Below the pieces are notes generated by a model. The model was not told the DNA's origin and searched no databases. It saw only the letters and a program-made list of their open reading frames with translations. The translations under genes and the position numbers were made by a program. DNA of 64,000 nucleotides, counting the filler, from Acidimicrobiia bacterium (GTDB lineage Bacteria; Actinomycetota; Acidimicrobiia; Spongiisociales; CAZKJJ01): NCBI GenBank assembly GCA_046759765.1. It is 3 parts of 3 records of this genome, joined end to end, with 100 filler letters (N's around TTAATTAATTAA, not from the genome) between each part and the next. Parts side by side here need not be neighbours in the genome. Positions count along the whole stretch, not along the records: positions 1 to 24,874 come from JBHICV010000022.1; 2 more parts are not named here. One strand, written 5' to 3'. Shown here piece after piece: positions 8,893 through 18,233 of this stretch. How positions within the stretch are numbered: position 1 is the stretch's first letter; every line of letters starts with the position of its first letter.

Positions 8893-11124
8893 CTACACCT
8901 GGATCGGCTCCTCCGTCGACTCGGCGAGTTCCTCCGGTGTTACCAGCACCGCCCGGGCTTTCGATCCCTCGGAGGGCCCAACCACGCCCTTGAGCTCCAG
9001 AATGTCCATCAGCCGGCCGGCGCGCGCGAAACCCACGCGGAGGCGTCGCTGGAGCATCGACGTAGAGCCGAGTTGGGACCGCACCACGAGCTCCATCGCT
9101 TGCCGTACCAGCTCGGGATCCTCACCTTCATCCTCGCTGCGGGAACGTCTGGTCTGAGCAACTGTCTGCTCAATGACCTCATCCTGATATCGAGCATCCT
9201 GCTGTGACTTCACCCACTCCACGATGGCCTTTGTCTCGGATTCGTCGACCCAGGCTCCCTGGATTCGTTCCGGCTTGGACGACGTGGCCGTGACCATCAG
9301 CATGTCGCCCATCCCTACGAGTTTCTCGGCGCCACCCTGATCGAGGATCACCCTGCTGTCCGCCTGGGAGGCCACCGAGAAGGCCAGGCGTGAGGGAATG
9401 TTCGCTTTGATCACTCCGGTAATCACATCCACCGAGGGGCGCTGCGTGGCGATCACGAGGTGAATCCCGACTGCTCTTGCCATTTGCGCGATTCTTACGA
9501 CCGCCTCCTCGACGTCTCGACCGGCCACCATCATCAGATCGTTGAGCTCGTCCACCATGATTACGATGAAAGGGAACCGGTCGAATCGGTCGAGATCGAG
9601 CTCTCCGGCGTCGTACCGCTGCCCGTATGAAATGATGTCCCTGGCGCCGGCCTCGGCCAGCAGCTCGTAGCGCCGATCCATCTCCTGGACCGCCCAGCCG
9701 AGGGCATCGGCTGCCTTTTTCGGATTGACGATCACCCGCGTGAGGAGATGGGGAACGCCGTTGTATTGGCCCAACTCCACCCGTTTGGGATCAACCATGA
9801 TCAACCGCACGTCATCAGGTGTGGTACGCATCAGAAGGGAGCAAACCATCGAGTTGATGCAGGAGGACTTGCCGGCTCCCGTCGCGCCGGCGATCAGAAC
9901 ATGAGGCAGGTCGGAAAGATCGAGCATCCTGGCGGTCCCCGAGATGTCCATTCCCAGGGCTACGACCAGCGGCTGGTGGTGAGAGGCCCCTTCTGCGCTG
10001 GAGAGCACGTCGCCGAGAGTTACCAGTCGCCGGTGGCGGTTGGGGACCTCGACCCCTATGGCGCTCCGGCCCGGAATGGGAGCCAGGATCCTGACGTCCG
10101 GAGTCGCCAAGGCATAGGCGATGTCCGAAGCGAGACTGGTAACCCGGGACACCTTCACGCCCGGCGCCAGCTCGATCTCGAACCGGGTGACGGTCGGACC
10201 GGGAACCACCCGGGTTAGCCGGGCATCTACATCGTGTTCCCGGAGAGCATCCTCGAGGTCCTGCGCCGTCTCCTCCAGTGAGCGACGACCGTGGCCAGGG
10301 GCGGCGGCTCCCAGCTTGAGCAAGTCCAGGGGCGGTAGCTCGTAGTCGCCCGTGCGCACCGGTTCAGGGGTAGGCGGCTCTGCGATCGGCTCGGGCAGCT
10401 CGGGCTCGGGTGGCTTGGCGGGGGGTTTTTGCTTCGGCCGCTTTCTCCCTTCCGCGACAGCTGGCCTGCTGGTCCCGCGGTAGGTGTGGTCTGTGCGTCG
10501 AACGGATTTGATTCTTCCTGCCGAGACTCGGAATCCGTCTCGGAGGGCTCTGCCCACATCGCGGACGGACGTGCGGGTGACGATCAGCACCCCCATGGCA
10601 ATGATCGTGGAGAGGACCACGAAAGCGCCCCAAAAGCCTATGAGCCTCCGCATGGGGAAGGCGAAGAGCGACCCGAGCGCTCCCCCTCGCTGAGAGACGA
10701 GTTCCACGCTCTCGGCGATTGAGACAGCCCCGGTCAGGAGATGGAATAGAGAGAGAGTCCCGACAAACACCAAGACGATGCCCGTCGTCACCCGTCCGTA
10801 GTCGCTTCGGGGCTTTCCGACGATCAGTGCGATACCTATGCCGGCCAGCAGCGCCGGCACCAGATAGGACCACTGGCCGAAAAGAAACCGAAAGAAACCG
10901 ATCAGACTCGAGCCAAGAGGTCCGGCCTGACGGAAGAAGGCCAATACGATGAGAACGGCGGCCACAACGAGGACCACGCCCCACACATCGTCGGATTGGC
11001 GCCCGAGTCGCGCTCTGATCTTGTGGCGGAGCGCCCGTAGCGCGGAGACGCCCCGCTTGGTCTTATTTGAAGACACCCGCTGCCGCCCGCCGGCCCCACC
11101 GCGGGTGGGTGCCTTCGATGCCAT
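8893..11124 (-). CDS. ftsK: DNA translocase FtsK
   Basis: N-terminal TM domain, Walker A GATGAGKS, DPKRVEL, VDELNDLMM, ATQRPSVDVITG and gamma domain LQRRLRVGFARAGRLMD. Confidence 0.95.
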   Translation of the reverse strand: MASKAPTRGGAGGRQRVSSNKTKRGVSALRALRHKIRARLGRQSDDVWGVVLVVAAVLIVLAFFRQAGPLGSSLIGFFRFLFGQWSYLVPALLAGIGIALIVGKPRSDYGRVTTGIVLVFVGTLSLFHLLTGAVSIAESVELVSQRGGALGSLFAFPMRRLIGFWGAFVVLSTIIAMGVLIVTRTSVRDVGRALRDGFRVSAGRIKSVRRTDHTYRGTSRPAVAEGRKRPKQKPPAKPPEPELPEPIAEPPTPEPVRTGDYELPPLDLLKLGAAAPGHGRRSLEETAQDLEDALREHDVDARLTRVVPGPTVTRFEIELAPGVKVSRVTSLASDIAYALATPDVRILAPIPGRSAIGVEVPNRHRRLVTLGDVLSSAEGASHHQPLVVALGMDISGTARMLDLSDLPHVLIAGATGAGKSSCINSMVCSLLMRTTPDDVRLIMVDPKRVELGQYNGVPHLLTRVIVNPKKAADALGWAVQEMDRRYELLAEAGARDIISYGQRYDAGELDLDRFDRFPFIVIMVDELNDLMMVAGRDVEEAVVRIAQMARAVGIHLVIATQRPSVDVITGVIKANIPSRLAFSVASQADSRVILDQGGAEKLVGMGDMLMVTATSSKPERIQGAWVDESETKAIVEWVKSQQDARYQDEVIEQTVAQTRRSRSEDEGEDPELVRQAMELVVRSQLGSTSMLQRRLRVGFARAGRLMDILELKGVVGPSEGSKARAVLVTPEELAESTEEPIQV

Positions 11125-11152
11125 GCGGAGAGGCAGGCTAACAGGACTGAGC

Positions 11153-11240
11153 AATCAGCCGTCAGCTATCAGCTCTCAGTCGGAGCCTTAGGTGGTCCGA
11201 AGGGCCGGAGGGGGTTACTGACTGCTGACTTCTGACGGCT
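11153..11240. repeat. Heptamer-periodic imperfect inverted repeat (TCAGnnn)n ... (CTGAnnn)n
   Basis: Left arm AGCCGTCAGCTATCAGCTCTCAGT. Right arm ACTGACTGCTGACTTCTGACGGCT, whose reverse complement is AGCCGTCAGAAGTCAGCAGTCAGT. Confidence 0.75.
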
Positions 11241-11246
11241 TGTTCC

Positions 11247-12881
11247 TCATACCTCGAGAACCACCGGCAACACCACCGGGCGCAATCCTGTCTCTGCCTT
11301 AATCACCCGCGCGGCTGCCTGTCTGATGATCCTTCGTACCTCCACGGGGTCCGCTCCACCCGACACAGCTCCTCGCAGCTCCAGCTCCACGGCTTCAGCC
11401 GCCTTGGCCAGTACCGGCTCCGGATCGTCCATCAAGCCGTGACTGTCGAGGTTCGGGCCGTGCACACAGTCCCCCGTGCGGAGGTCGAAGCCAACCGTCA
11501 CGACTACTACGCCCTCGTCGGCAAGATGAGCTCGATCTCGTATGACGGCGGTTCGGACATCGCCGAGCATGGTTCCGTCTAGGTAGACGTATCCCGCAGC
11601 AACCGCATCACGCTCGACCAGCGTGCCATCCCCGTCCAATGTGATCGTGTCGCCGTTCTCGCAGACGATTACTTCGGGAACCAGCATCTCTTCGGCGATC
11701 TCACCGTGCGTTCGCAGATGGCGGTACTCACCGTGGATTGGGACAAACGTTCGAGGCCGGAGGACATTGATGAAGGTGCGCAGCTCGTCCTGACGCGCGT
11801 GCCCCGACACATGAACATGCGCGTTCCGACCGTGGAAGACTCGCGCCCCCGACCGCATGAGGCCGGAGATCACCTTGGACACGGCTGTCTCGTTCCCAGG
11901 AATGGGCGTGGCGGAGATGATGACTGTGTCGTCGGGTCCCAGCGTCACCCAGCGATGCCGGCCCGCGGCCATTAGCGACAGGGCGGCGAAGGGTTCGCCC
12001 TGGCTACCGGTGGAGATCAGCAGCGCTTCTTCTTCTGGGAGAGCAAGGAGCTCCTCGATCGGGAGAACACGATCGGACGGCAGGTCGACAAGACCGAGCT
12101 CGGTCCCTATCGAGACGTTCCTCTCCATGGACCTTCCGACCAAAGAGATGTACCGGCCCGTCTGGATAGCTACATCGATGATCTGCTGTACCCGGTGGAG
12201 ATGGCTCGAGAAGCACGCCGCGATAACCCGCCCGGGAGCGCTCTCGAAAATGGTGAGGAGTTCAGGTCCGACCGTCCGCTCCGAAGGCACGAACCCCGGC
12301 TGCTCGGCATTGGTGCTGTCCGCCATCAGCAGACGGATACCCTCCGCGCCCAGCGCCGCAAAGGTGGGAAGATCCGTCGGACGGTCGTCGATGGGTGTCG
12401 GGTCGAGCTTCAAATCGCCCGAGTGCACGACGATTCCCTGCGAGGTCTCAAAGGCAACGCCGCAGCCCTGTGGGACACTGTGGGACACCGGGATGAGCTG
12501 GAAACGGAACGAGCCGTGGCTCACCCACTGGTCATCTGAGACAACTCGGAGGTCTGCCTCCACACCCACTTCGGACACCCGCGCTCTCGCCAGTTCGATC
12601 GAGAAAGGGGTGCCGTAGACCGGAACATTGACGTCACGAAGGAAGTATCCGAGCGCTCCGACGTGGTCTTCGTGCCCGTGAGTCAGAACCACCAACTCGA
12701 GGTCCTCGTGCCGTTGGACTACCCACTCCCAGTCGGGAAAAACGAGGTCGACACCCGGCATGTCCTCGGTCGGGAACATCAGGCCGCAATCGATCATCGC
12801 CAGGCGGCCGTCGTCTTCCAGGACCGAGCAATTGCGGCCGACTTCGCCGAGACCACCAAGAAAGGTGACCTGAACCGTCAT
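11247..12881 (-). CDS. rnj: Ribonuclease J
   Basis: FLGGLGEVGRN, THGHEDHVG, DSTNAE, GSQGEP and HVSGHA motifs. Start trimmed to MTVQV, which overlaps the dapA stop. Confidence 0.95.
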   Translation of the reverse strand: MTVQVTFLGGLGEVGRNCSVLEDDGRLAMIDCGLMFPTEDMPGVDLVFPDWEWVVQRHEDLELVVLTHGHEDHVGALGYFLRDVNVPVYGTPFSIELARARVSEVGVEADLRVVSDDQWVSHGSFRFQLIPVSHSVPQGCGVAFETSQGIVVHSGDLKLDPTPIDDRPTDLPTFAALGAEGIRLLMADSTNAEQPGFVPSERTVGPELLTIFESAPGRVIAACFSSHLHRVQQIIDVAIQTGRYISLVGRSMERNVSIGTELGLVDLPSDRVLPIEELLALPEEEALLISTGSQGEPFAALSLMAAGRHRWVTLGPDDTVIISATPIPGNETAVSKVISGLMRSGARVFHGRNAHVHVSGHARQDELRTFINVLRPRTFVPIHGEYRHLRTHGEIAEEMLVPEVIVCENGDTITLDGDGTLVERDAVAAGYVYLDGTMLGDVRTAVIRDRAHLADEGVVVVTVGFDLRTGDCVHGPNLDSHGLMDDPEPVLAKAAEAVELELRGAVSGGADPVEVRRIIRQAAARVIKAETGLRPVVLPVVLEV

Positions 12882-13753
12882 AGGCGCTGCGCGGCGCCCA
12901 CGGCCTCCTTGATCAACTGCACCGTTTCCGGTGAGGCCTCCACCAGCGGCGACCTGGGGGCGCCCACCGGCTCCCAGAGGGCGTTGAGACCAGCCTTCAC
13001 CGGGATCGGGTTGGGCTCTACGAAGCAAGCCTCGAACAGCGGCAGCAAGCCGAAGTGGAGACGCCTTGCCTCTTCGAAATCGCCCGCGGCTGCCGCCTCA
13101 ACCATCTTGCGCACCTGCGGACCGGCGAGGTGGGAAACGACTGAGATGACTCCCCGGGCGCCCACGCTCATCTGGGGAAGGGTGAACTTGTCCGAGCCCG
13201 AGAAGATGAGAAAGTCATCCGGAAGCTCGGCCCGGCTACCCATCGTGAAAGCCACATCGTCGACCGCATCCTTGACCGCCACTATCTGTGGATGCGCCGC
13301 CAGCCTGACCAGAGTGCTGATCTCGATGAGTCGCCCCGTTCTACCCGGGATGTTGTAGAGGATGACCGGCAAGTCAGAGGCGTCCGCAATAGCCGTGAAG
13401 TGGGCGATCAGTCCAGGCTGCGGTGGTCGCGAGTAGTAAGGGGTTACCGCCATCACTCCATGACAACCGGCCGCGGAGGCTTCCTTCGTGAGTTCGATTG
13501 ACTCGGCGGTGTCGTATGTCCCGGTTCCGGCCACCACCTTGGCTGTGTTCCCGGCGGCCTCGACTACGGTGCGGTAGAGCGCCACCTTCTCCTCATACGT
13601 CAGAGTGGGAGACTCGCCGGTCGTGCCGGTAACAACAAGACCCTCGGAACCGTGATCAGCCAGGTATCGGGCTAGTCGCCATGTTCGTTCGTAGTCGACG
13701 TCTCCCACATCCGAGAACGGAGTGATCATGGCCGTGAGTACGCGTCCGAACAT
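12878..13753 (-). CDS. dapA: 4-hydroxy-tetrahydrodipicolinate synthase
   Basis: TAMITPF, GTTGESPTL, YNIPGRT, Schiff-base Lys in AVKDA, and NPIPVK. Confidence 0.95.
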   Translation of the reverse strand: MFGRVLTAMITPFSDVGDVDYERTWRLARYLADHGSEGLVVTGTTGESPTLTYEEKVALYRTVVEAAGNTAKVVAGTGTYDTAESIELTKEASAAGCHGVMAVTPYYSRPPQPGLIAHFTAIADASDLPVILYNIPGRTGRLIEISTLVRLAAHPQIVAVKDAVDDVAFTMGSRAELPDDFLIFSGSDKFTLPQMSVGARGVISVVSHLAGPQVRKMVEAAAAGDFEEARRLHFGLLPLFEACFVEPNPIPVKAGLNALWEPVGAPRSPLVEASPETVQLIKEAVGAAQRL

Positions 13754-13814
13754 GCCTCGCGGCCAGCCTAGACCAGCTGGGATCCCCCGCTACCGACGGT
13801 AGTCTCAGGGCGGA

Positions 13815-14651
13815 ATGGACACACATGTAAAGAACGTCGGCGTCGGCGACTTCATGGGAGAGGTCATCGAACGCTCGCACGAGGTTCCTGTGGTCGTCGA
13901 CTTCTGGGCCGAGTGGTGTGGGCCCTGTCGTACGTTGGGCCCGATGCTCGAACAGGCGGCTGAAGCCGGAGAAGGCGCGTTTGAGCTGGCGAAAGTCGAC
14001 GTCGACCAGAACCAGGCGCTGGCTTCTCAGTTCGGTGTGCAGGGGATCCCAACGGTGGTGGGGTTCCGTGACGGCCAGGCGGTGAACCGCTTCGTGGGTG
14101 CAGTTCCGCAGTCGCGACTCGATGCTTGGCTTTCGGAGCTGGTTCCTTCCGATGACGACAAAGCCGTGGACGTGGCCCGGGACCTCCTCCTGGCCGGCGA
14201 CGAGGAGGCCGCCGAGGAGATTTACCGGGGTGTGCTGGAGAAGGATCCCCGTCACACCGAAGCGGGCGTCGGCCTTGCTTCCCTACTCATCTCCTCCGCG
14301 CGGGTCGACGAAGCGTCGGAGATTCTCGACGCCCTTCCGAACAGCGCCGAAGTTGAGCGTTTACGGGCCGCGGCGCGACTTAAGATCTCAGCTGAGTTCG
14401 ACGCGTCTGAGGCGATTACGAGGCTGGAGGAGAACCCCGGGGATCACGCGCTGCGGATGGAACTCGCCCAGTCGCAGGCGGCCGAAGGTGAGCACGAACA
14501 GGCGCTCGGGAATTGGCTCATAGTTGTCAAGGAGGACCCTGAGCTACGCGAGCAGGCCCGGCTCCTGATGCTCGATGTCTTCAAGGTCTTAGGCGCGGAT
14601 CACCCGCTCACGGCGCGCTACCGCCGCGATCTGGCCAACGCTCTGTTCTGA
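13815..14651 (+). CDS. Thioredoxin-TPR chaperedoxin (CnoX/YbbN-like)
   Basis: VDFWAEWCGPC thioredoxin domain, a helical TPR region and C-terminal YRRDLANALF. Confidence 0.88.
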   Translation: MDTHVKNVGVGDFMGEVIERSHEVPVVVDFWAEWCGPCRTLGPMLEQAAEAGEGAFELAKVDVDQNQALASQFGVQGIPTVVGFRDGQAVNRFVGAVPQSRLDAWLSELVPSDDDKAVDVARDLLLAGDEEAAEEIYRGVLEKDPRHTEAGVGLASLLISSARVDEASEILDALPNSAEVERLRAAARLKISAEFDASEAITRLEENPGDHALRMELAQSQAAEGEHEQALGNWLIVVKEDPELREQARLLMLDVFKVLGADHPLTARYRRDLANALF

Positions 14652-14655
14652 CGAC

Positions 14656-16203
14656 ATGCGGCTAGACCTGGAGCCGGTTCCTGGCTCTGCGGCGGAGCTG
14701 CAGCGGTTCGCCGAGCTGCAGCGCCGGTTCCCCCCGATGTACCGGCGTCTTTTCACCGACACCAAGGAGCCGCGCACAGTGGTGGTCGTCCCCAGTCTCA
14801 GCTTCGACCCGGCTGAGATGGCCAAGATCACGGGAGTTCTGCACTACGAAGAGCGAATGCTCTGCCTGTTGATGCTGCTTCAGATGCCGCGCGCGCGGCT
14901 GGTCTACGTCACGAGCACCCCGGTGGACCCCGCGATTGCCGATTACTACCTCCATCTCCTTCCCGGAGTTCCTACGGCCCATGCCCGCCGGCGACTCACC
15001 TTGATCTCGTGTGACGACAACGGGCTGGACCCCCTCAGCCGGAAGATCCTCGAGAGGCCCGACGTGCTCAGAAAGATTCGCGCATTGATCACCAACCCGG
15101 CCGACTCCCATCTGGCCTGCTTCAACACCACCCACCTGGAGCGAACGCTGGCGGTACAGCTCGGTATACCCCTGTATGGGTGTGATCCCGAGCTGATCAA
15201 CCTCGGGTTCAAATCGGACGGACGAAAGCTGTTCAAAGAGGCAGGAATTCCATTGCCGGAGGGACGTGAGGACCTTCGGGACGCTGACGACCTGGCCGCC
15301 GCCCTGATCGAGATGAAATCCGCCGACCCGGGCCTGCAAAGAGCGGTCGTCAAGTTGAACGAAGGTTTCTCGGGCGAGGGCAACGCCGTCTTCTCCTTCG
15401 ATCCAGTAAATCCCCTTGATGTGTACTCACGGCTTCCGGAGCTCCGCTTCGAGGCTTCTACTGAGACATGGGACGAATACGCGGAGAAGTTGCAGAAGAA
15501 AGGCGGAATAGTCGAGGCTCTCATCGAGGGTCCCGAGATCCGGTCCCCATCCGTCCAATTCCGGCTCGATCCGCTGGGGGAGATCCATCTGGTCTCTACC
15601 CACGATCAGGTACTCGGCGGTCCGAGCGGCCAGGTGTATCTCGGGTGCCGCTTCCCGGCTGACCCTTCCTACCGCTCCGACCTCCACGACATGGGGCTCC
15701 CGGTCGCAGAATTGCTCCGTAGGAAAGGCGTCCTTGGCCGGCTCGGCATCGACTTCGTCTCAGTCCGCAAAGACGACCGGTGGGAGCACTATGCCTTGGA
15801 GATAAATCTGCGCAAGGGTGGAACGACCCTGCCCCTTCTGACTCTTGAGTTCCTCACCGGCGGGACCTACGACACAGAAGACGGCCTCTATCGAACGCCG
15901 ACCGGACAAGTGCGGAGCTATTACGCCACCGACAATCTCCAGAAGCCCTCCTACGCAGGGCTGAGCCCGGAGGAGCTCATCGATCTGGTCGTGTTCTGGG
16001 ACCTTCACTGGCGCGCACCGTCTCAGACCGGCGTGGTCTTTCACCTCATGGGTGCAGTAACTGACTATGGCAAGCTGGGGATGGTTGCGGTGGCCGAGGA
16101 TCTCAGCGATGCGGAGCGCCTCTACCGCGACACGGTATCGACTCTCGATCGGGCAACTTCTGACGATCTCAGAGGCCGAGCAGCGACTCCAGTCCGACAG
16201 TAA
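14656..16203 (+). CDS. PGM1-related ATP-grasp peptide ligase
   Basis: VVVVPSLS, HYEERMLCLL, VVKLNEGFSGEGNA, SPSVQ, STHDQVLGG...YLGCRFPA and EINLRKGGTT (ATP-grasp ExN motif). Confidence 0.75.
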   Translation: MRLDLEPVPGSAAELQRFAELQRRFPPMYRRLFTDTKEPRTVVVVPSLSFDPAEMAKITGVLHYEERMLCLLMLLQMPRARLVYVTSTPVDPAIADYYLHLLPGVPTAHARRRLTLISCDDNGLDPLSRKILERPDVLRKIRALITNPADSHLACFNTTHLERTLAVQLGIPLYGCDPELINLGFKSDGRKLFKEAGIPLPEGREDLRDADDLAAALIEMKSADPGLQRAVVKLNEGFSGEGNAVFSFDPVNPLDVYSRLPELRFEASTETWDEYAEKLQKKGGIVEALIEGPEIRSPSVQFRLDPLGEIHLVSTHDQVLGGPSGQVYLGCRFPADPSYRSDLHDMGLPVAELLRRKGVLGRLGIDFVSVRKDDRWEHYALEINLRKGGTTLPLLTLEFLTGGTYDTEDGLYRTPTGQVRSYYATDNLQKPSYAGLSPEELIDLVVFWDLHWRAPSQTGVVFHLMGAVTDYGKLGMVAVAEDLSDAERLYRDTVSTLDRATSDDLRGRAATPVRQ

Positions 16204-16927
16204 CTCCACTCAACCCGCCGACACTGCGAATCGCCAGCAATACACCGGGCATGAACGATTCCCAGCTAGTTGCGTCACTCCGGATCGTCAGGGTCTGACC
16301 AGCCGCTCCGAAGATGACTTCTTGATGGGCCACCAGCCCGGCCAAGCGCACTGAATGTATGGGGACTCCCTCGACCTCCGCCCCCAGTGCACCCGAAACC
16401 AGCTCCTCGCCACGCCCGGTTCCGTCACCCTTCCACACGGCGGCGATTCTTCGGGCGGTGGCGAGTGAGGTGCCAGAGGGGGCATCAGGCTTGTCTTCGT
16501 GGTGGAGCTCGATGATCTCGACGCCGTCGAAGTGTGGCGCCGCCAGCTCGGAGAAGTGCATCTGGAGAATGGCAGACACGGAGAAGTTAGGCACTACCAG
16601 GCAATTCGGCGGTCCGTCACCCCAAAGAGATTCGAGCTCGGAGAGACGCTCGGCCGTGAACCCCGACGTCCCGATAACGGTGTGCAGACCGTATTCCAGC
16701 CAACGCGCCGCGTTGTCCATAACGGCCTCCGGTGTGGTTACCTCGACTACGACCTCCGCTGCTCGCAGAACCTCGGGATCGTCGGAGCTCGCCAGACCGG
16801 CCACCTCCAAAGAGCGCCGCCCGGGCGCGTAGAGGGCTACCAATGAGAGGTCCTCTGCCTCCAGTAAGGCGGCGGAGATGAGCCGACCCATCCGGCCTGC
16901 CGCCCCGGAAACCCCGACTTTGATCAT
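16169..16927 (-). CDS. dapB: 4-hydroxy-tetrahydrodipicolinate reductase
   Basis: GAAGRMG, GTSG, PNFS, EIIELHHEDKPDAPSGT and HSVRL motifs. Confidence 0.95.
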   Translation of the reverse strand: MIKVGVSGAAGRMGRLISAALLEAEDLSLVALYAPGRRSLEVAGLASSDDPEVLRAAEVVVEVTTPEAVMDNAARWLEYGLHTVIGTSGFTAERLSELESLWGDGPPNCLVVPNFSVSAILQMHFSELAAPHFDGVEIIELHHEDKPDAPSGTSLATARRIAAVWKGDGTGRGEELVSGALGAEVEGVPIHSVRLAGLVAHQEVIFGAAGQTLTIRSDATSWESFMPGVLLAIRSVGGLSGVTVGLESLLGL

Positions 16928-18174
16928 GTCAAGTGCTCCTCGAGCTGCTCCAGAGTCAGAGGGCCGACTGCTCCTATGACTCGAGGACCAGTCAGGAGCT
17001 GTTCGGCAACCTCAGCCACATCGCTCTCCGTGACCGCCTCCACTCGAGCGATTCTCTCCTCTGTTGATAAATGCTCAACTCCGGAGACTTCCGCCCTTCC
17101 AAGTCGGGTCATGCGGCTGTTGGCATCCTCGAGAGAGATCGCCATGCTTCCCTTGAGCGCGCCTTTGGCCCTGGTCAGCTCTTCTTCGCTGACCCCGTCG
17201 GCTTCCATCAGGTCAAGCTCTTCCGAGATCAGCCCCAATGCAGTTGACGTTAATCCGGGCGTAGTCCCCACGAACACACCCCAGCCTCCGGTATCAGCGA
17301 ACCGGATCCCGAAGCTGAACACCGCATAGGCGAGCCCTTTTTCCTCACGTATCTTGCGGAACAATCGAGAAGACATGCCGCCGCCGAGAATGTGGCTCAT
17401 AACGGCATCGGCGAACCGCCGAGGGTCATCTCTCGTCAGGCCCCGGCCACCCACCACGACGTTGGCCTGCTCAGTGTCTCGTTCTGTCAGTCTCACCTTC
17501 GGCATCACCGGGACGTCGCCGATGTCGTGCGGGACGTCACCTCCTTCCCAGCCTTCGAACAGCTCGCCCACCAGCGTGACAACGTCGTCGTGCTGGAGGC
17601 TGCCCGCCAGGGCGATGACCGTGGACGAAGCGTTGTATCGGCGTTGCCAATAGTTCGATAGGTCGTCCCTTCCCATGGAGGTGATCGAGTCCCTCGTCCC
17701 CAGCACGGGGTGAGCGAGCGAGTGGCCCTCGAACAGCGCCTCCAGGAACTGCTCGTGTGCCGTGTCGGAAGGATCGTCCTCATTCATGTTGATCTCCTCA
17801 ATCACGACCTTGCGTTCGGAGTCGATCTCGTCAGGCCGAAAAGCGGGTCGTCGGAGCATCTCCGCCAGCAGTTTCATGCCTCGGGGAAGGTCGTCATCCA
17901 GAAGCCGAGCCCAGAAGCACGTCTGCTCCTTGGAGGTGAAGGCGTTCGCCTGAGCACCCATTGAGTCGAATGCCTCGGAGATCTCCTGCGCGGAAAGGCT
18001 CTTCGAGCCTTTAAACAGAAGATGCTCGAGGAAGTGAGAGGCACCTGCCTCGTTGGGAAGCTCGTCTCTAGTGCCTGTGTCGATCCAGCAGCCGATTGCG
18101 ACGGACCTCACGCCGGTCATCTCCTCAGTGATGACGCGCAGGCCACCTGGGAGGGTGGTCAGGTCGTAGGACAC
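16924..18174 (-). CDS. M16 (pitrilysin) family zinc peptidase
   Basis: Inverzincin motif HFLEHLLFKG, NAFTSKE and GGGMSSRLF. It occupies the usual position upstream of dapB. Confidence 0.93.
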   Translation of the reverse strand: MSYDLTTLPGGLRVITEEMTGVRSVAIGCWIDTGTRDELPNEAGASHFLEHLLFKGSKSLSAQEISEAFDSMGAQANAFTSKEQTCFWARLLDDDLPRGMKLLAEMLRRPAFRPDEIDSERKVVIEEINMNEDDPSDTAHEQFLEALFEGHSLAHPVLGTRDSITSMGRDDLSNYWQRRYNASSTVIALAGSLQHDDVVTLVGELFEGWEGGDVPHDIGDVPVMPKVRLTERDTEQANVVVGGRGLTRDDPRRFADAVMSHILGGGMSSRLFRKIREEKGLAYAVFSFGIRFADTGGWGVFVGTTPGLTSTALGLISEELDLMEADGVSEEELTRAKGALKGSMAISLEDANSRMTRLGRAEVSGVEHLSTEERIARVEAVTESDVAEVAEQLLTGPRVIGAVGPLTLEQLEEHLT

Positions 18175-18233
18175 GCGCGGATCATAGGTCTCCCGGAAGA
18201 GGTCCCCAGCTGCCTGTGGGACAATGGTTGGTT

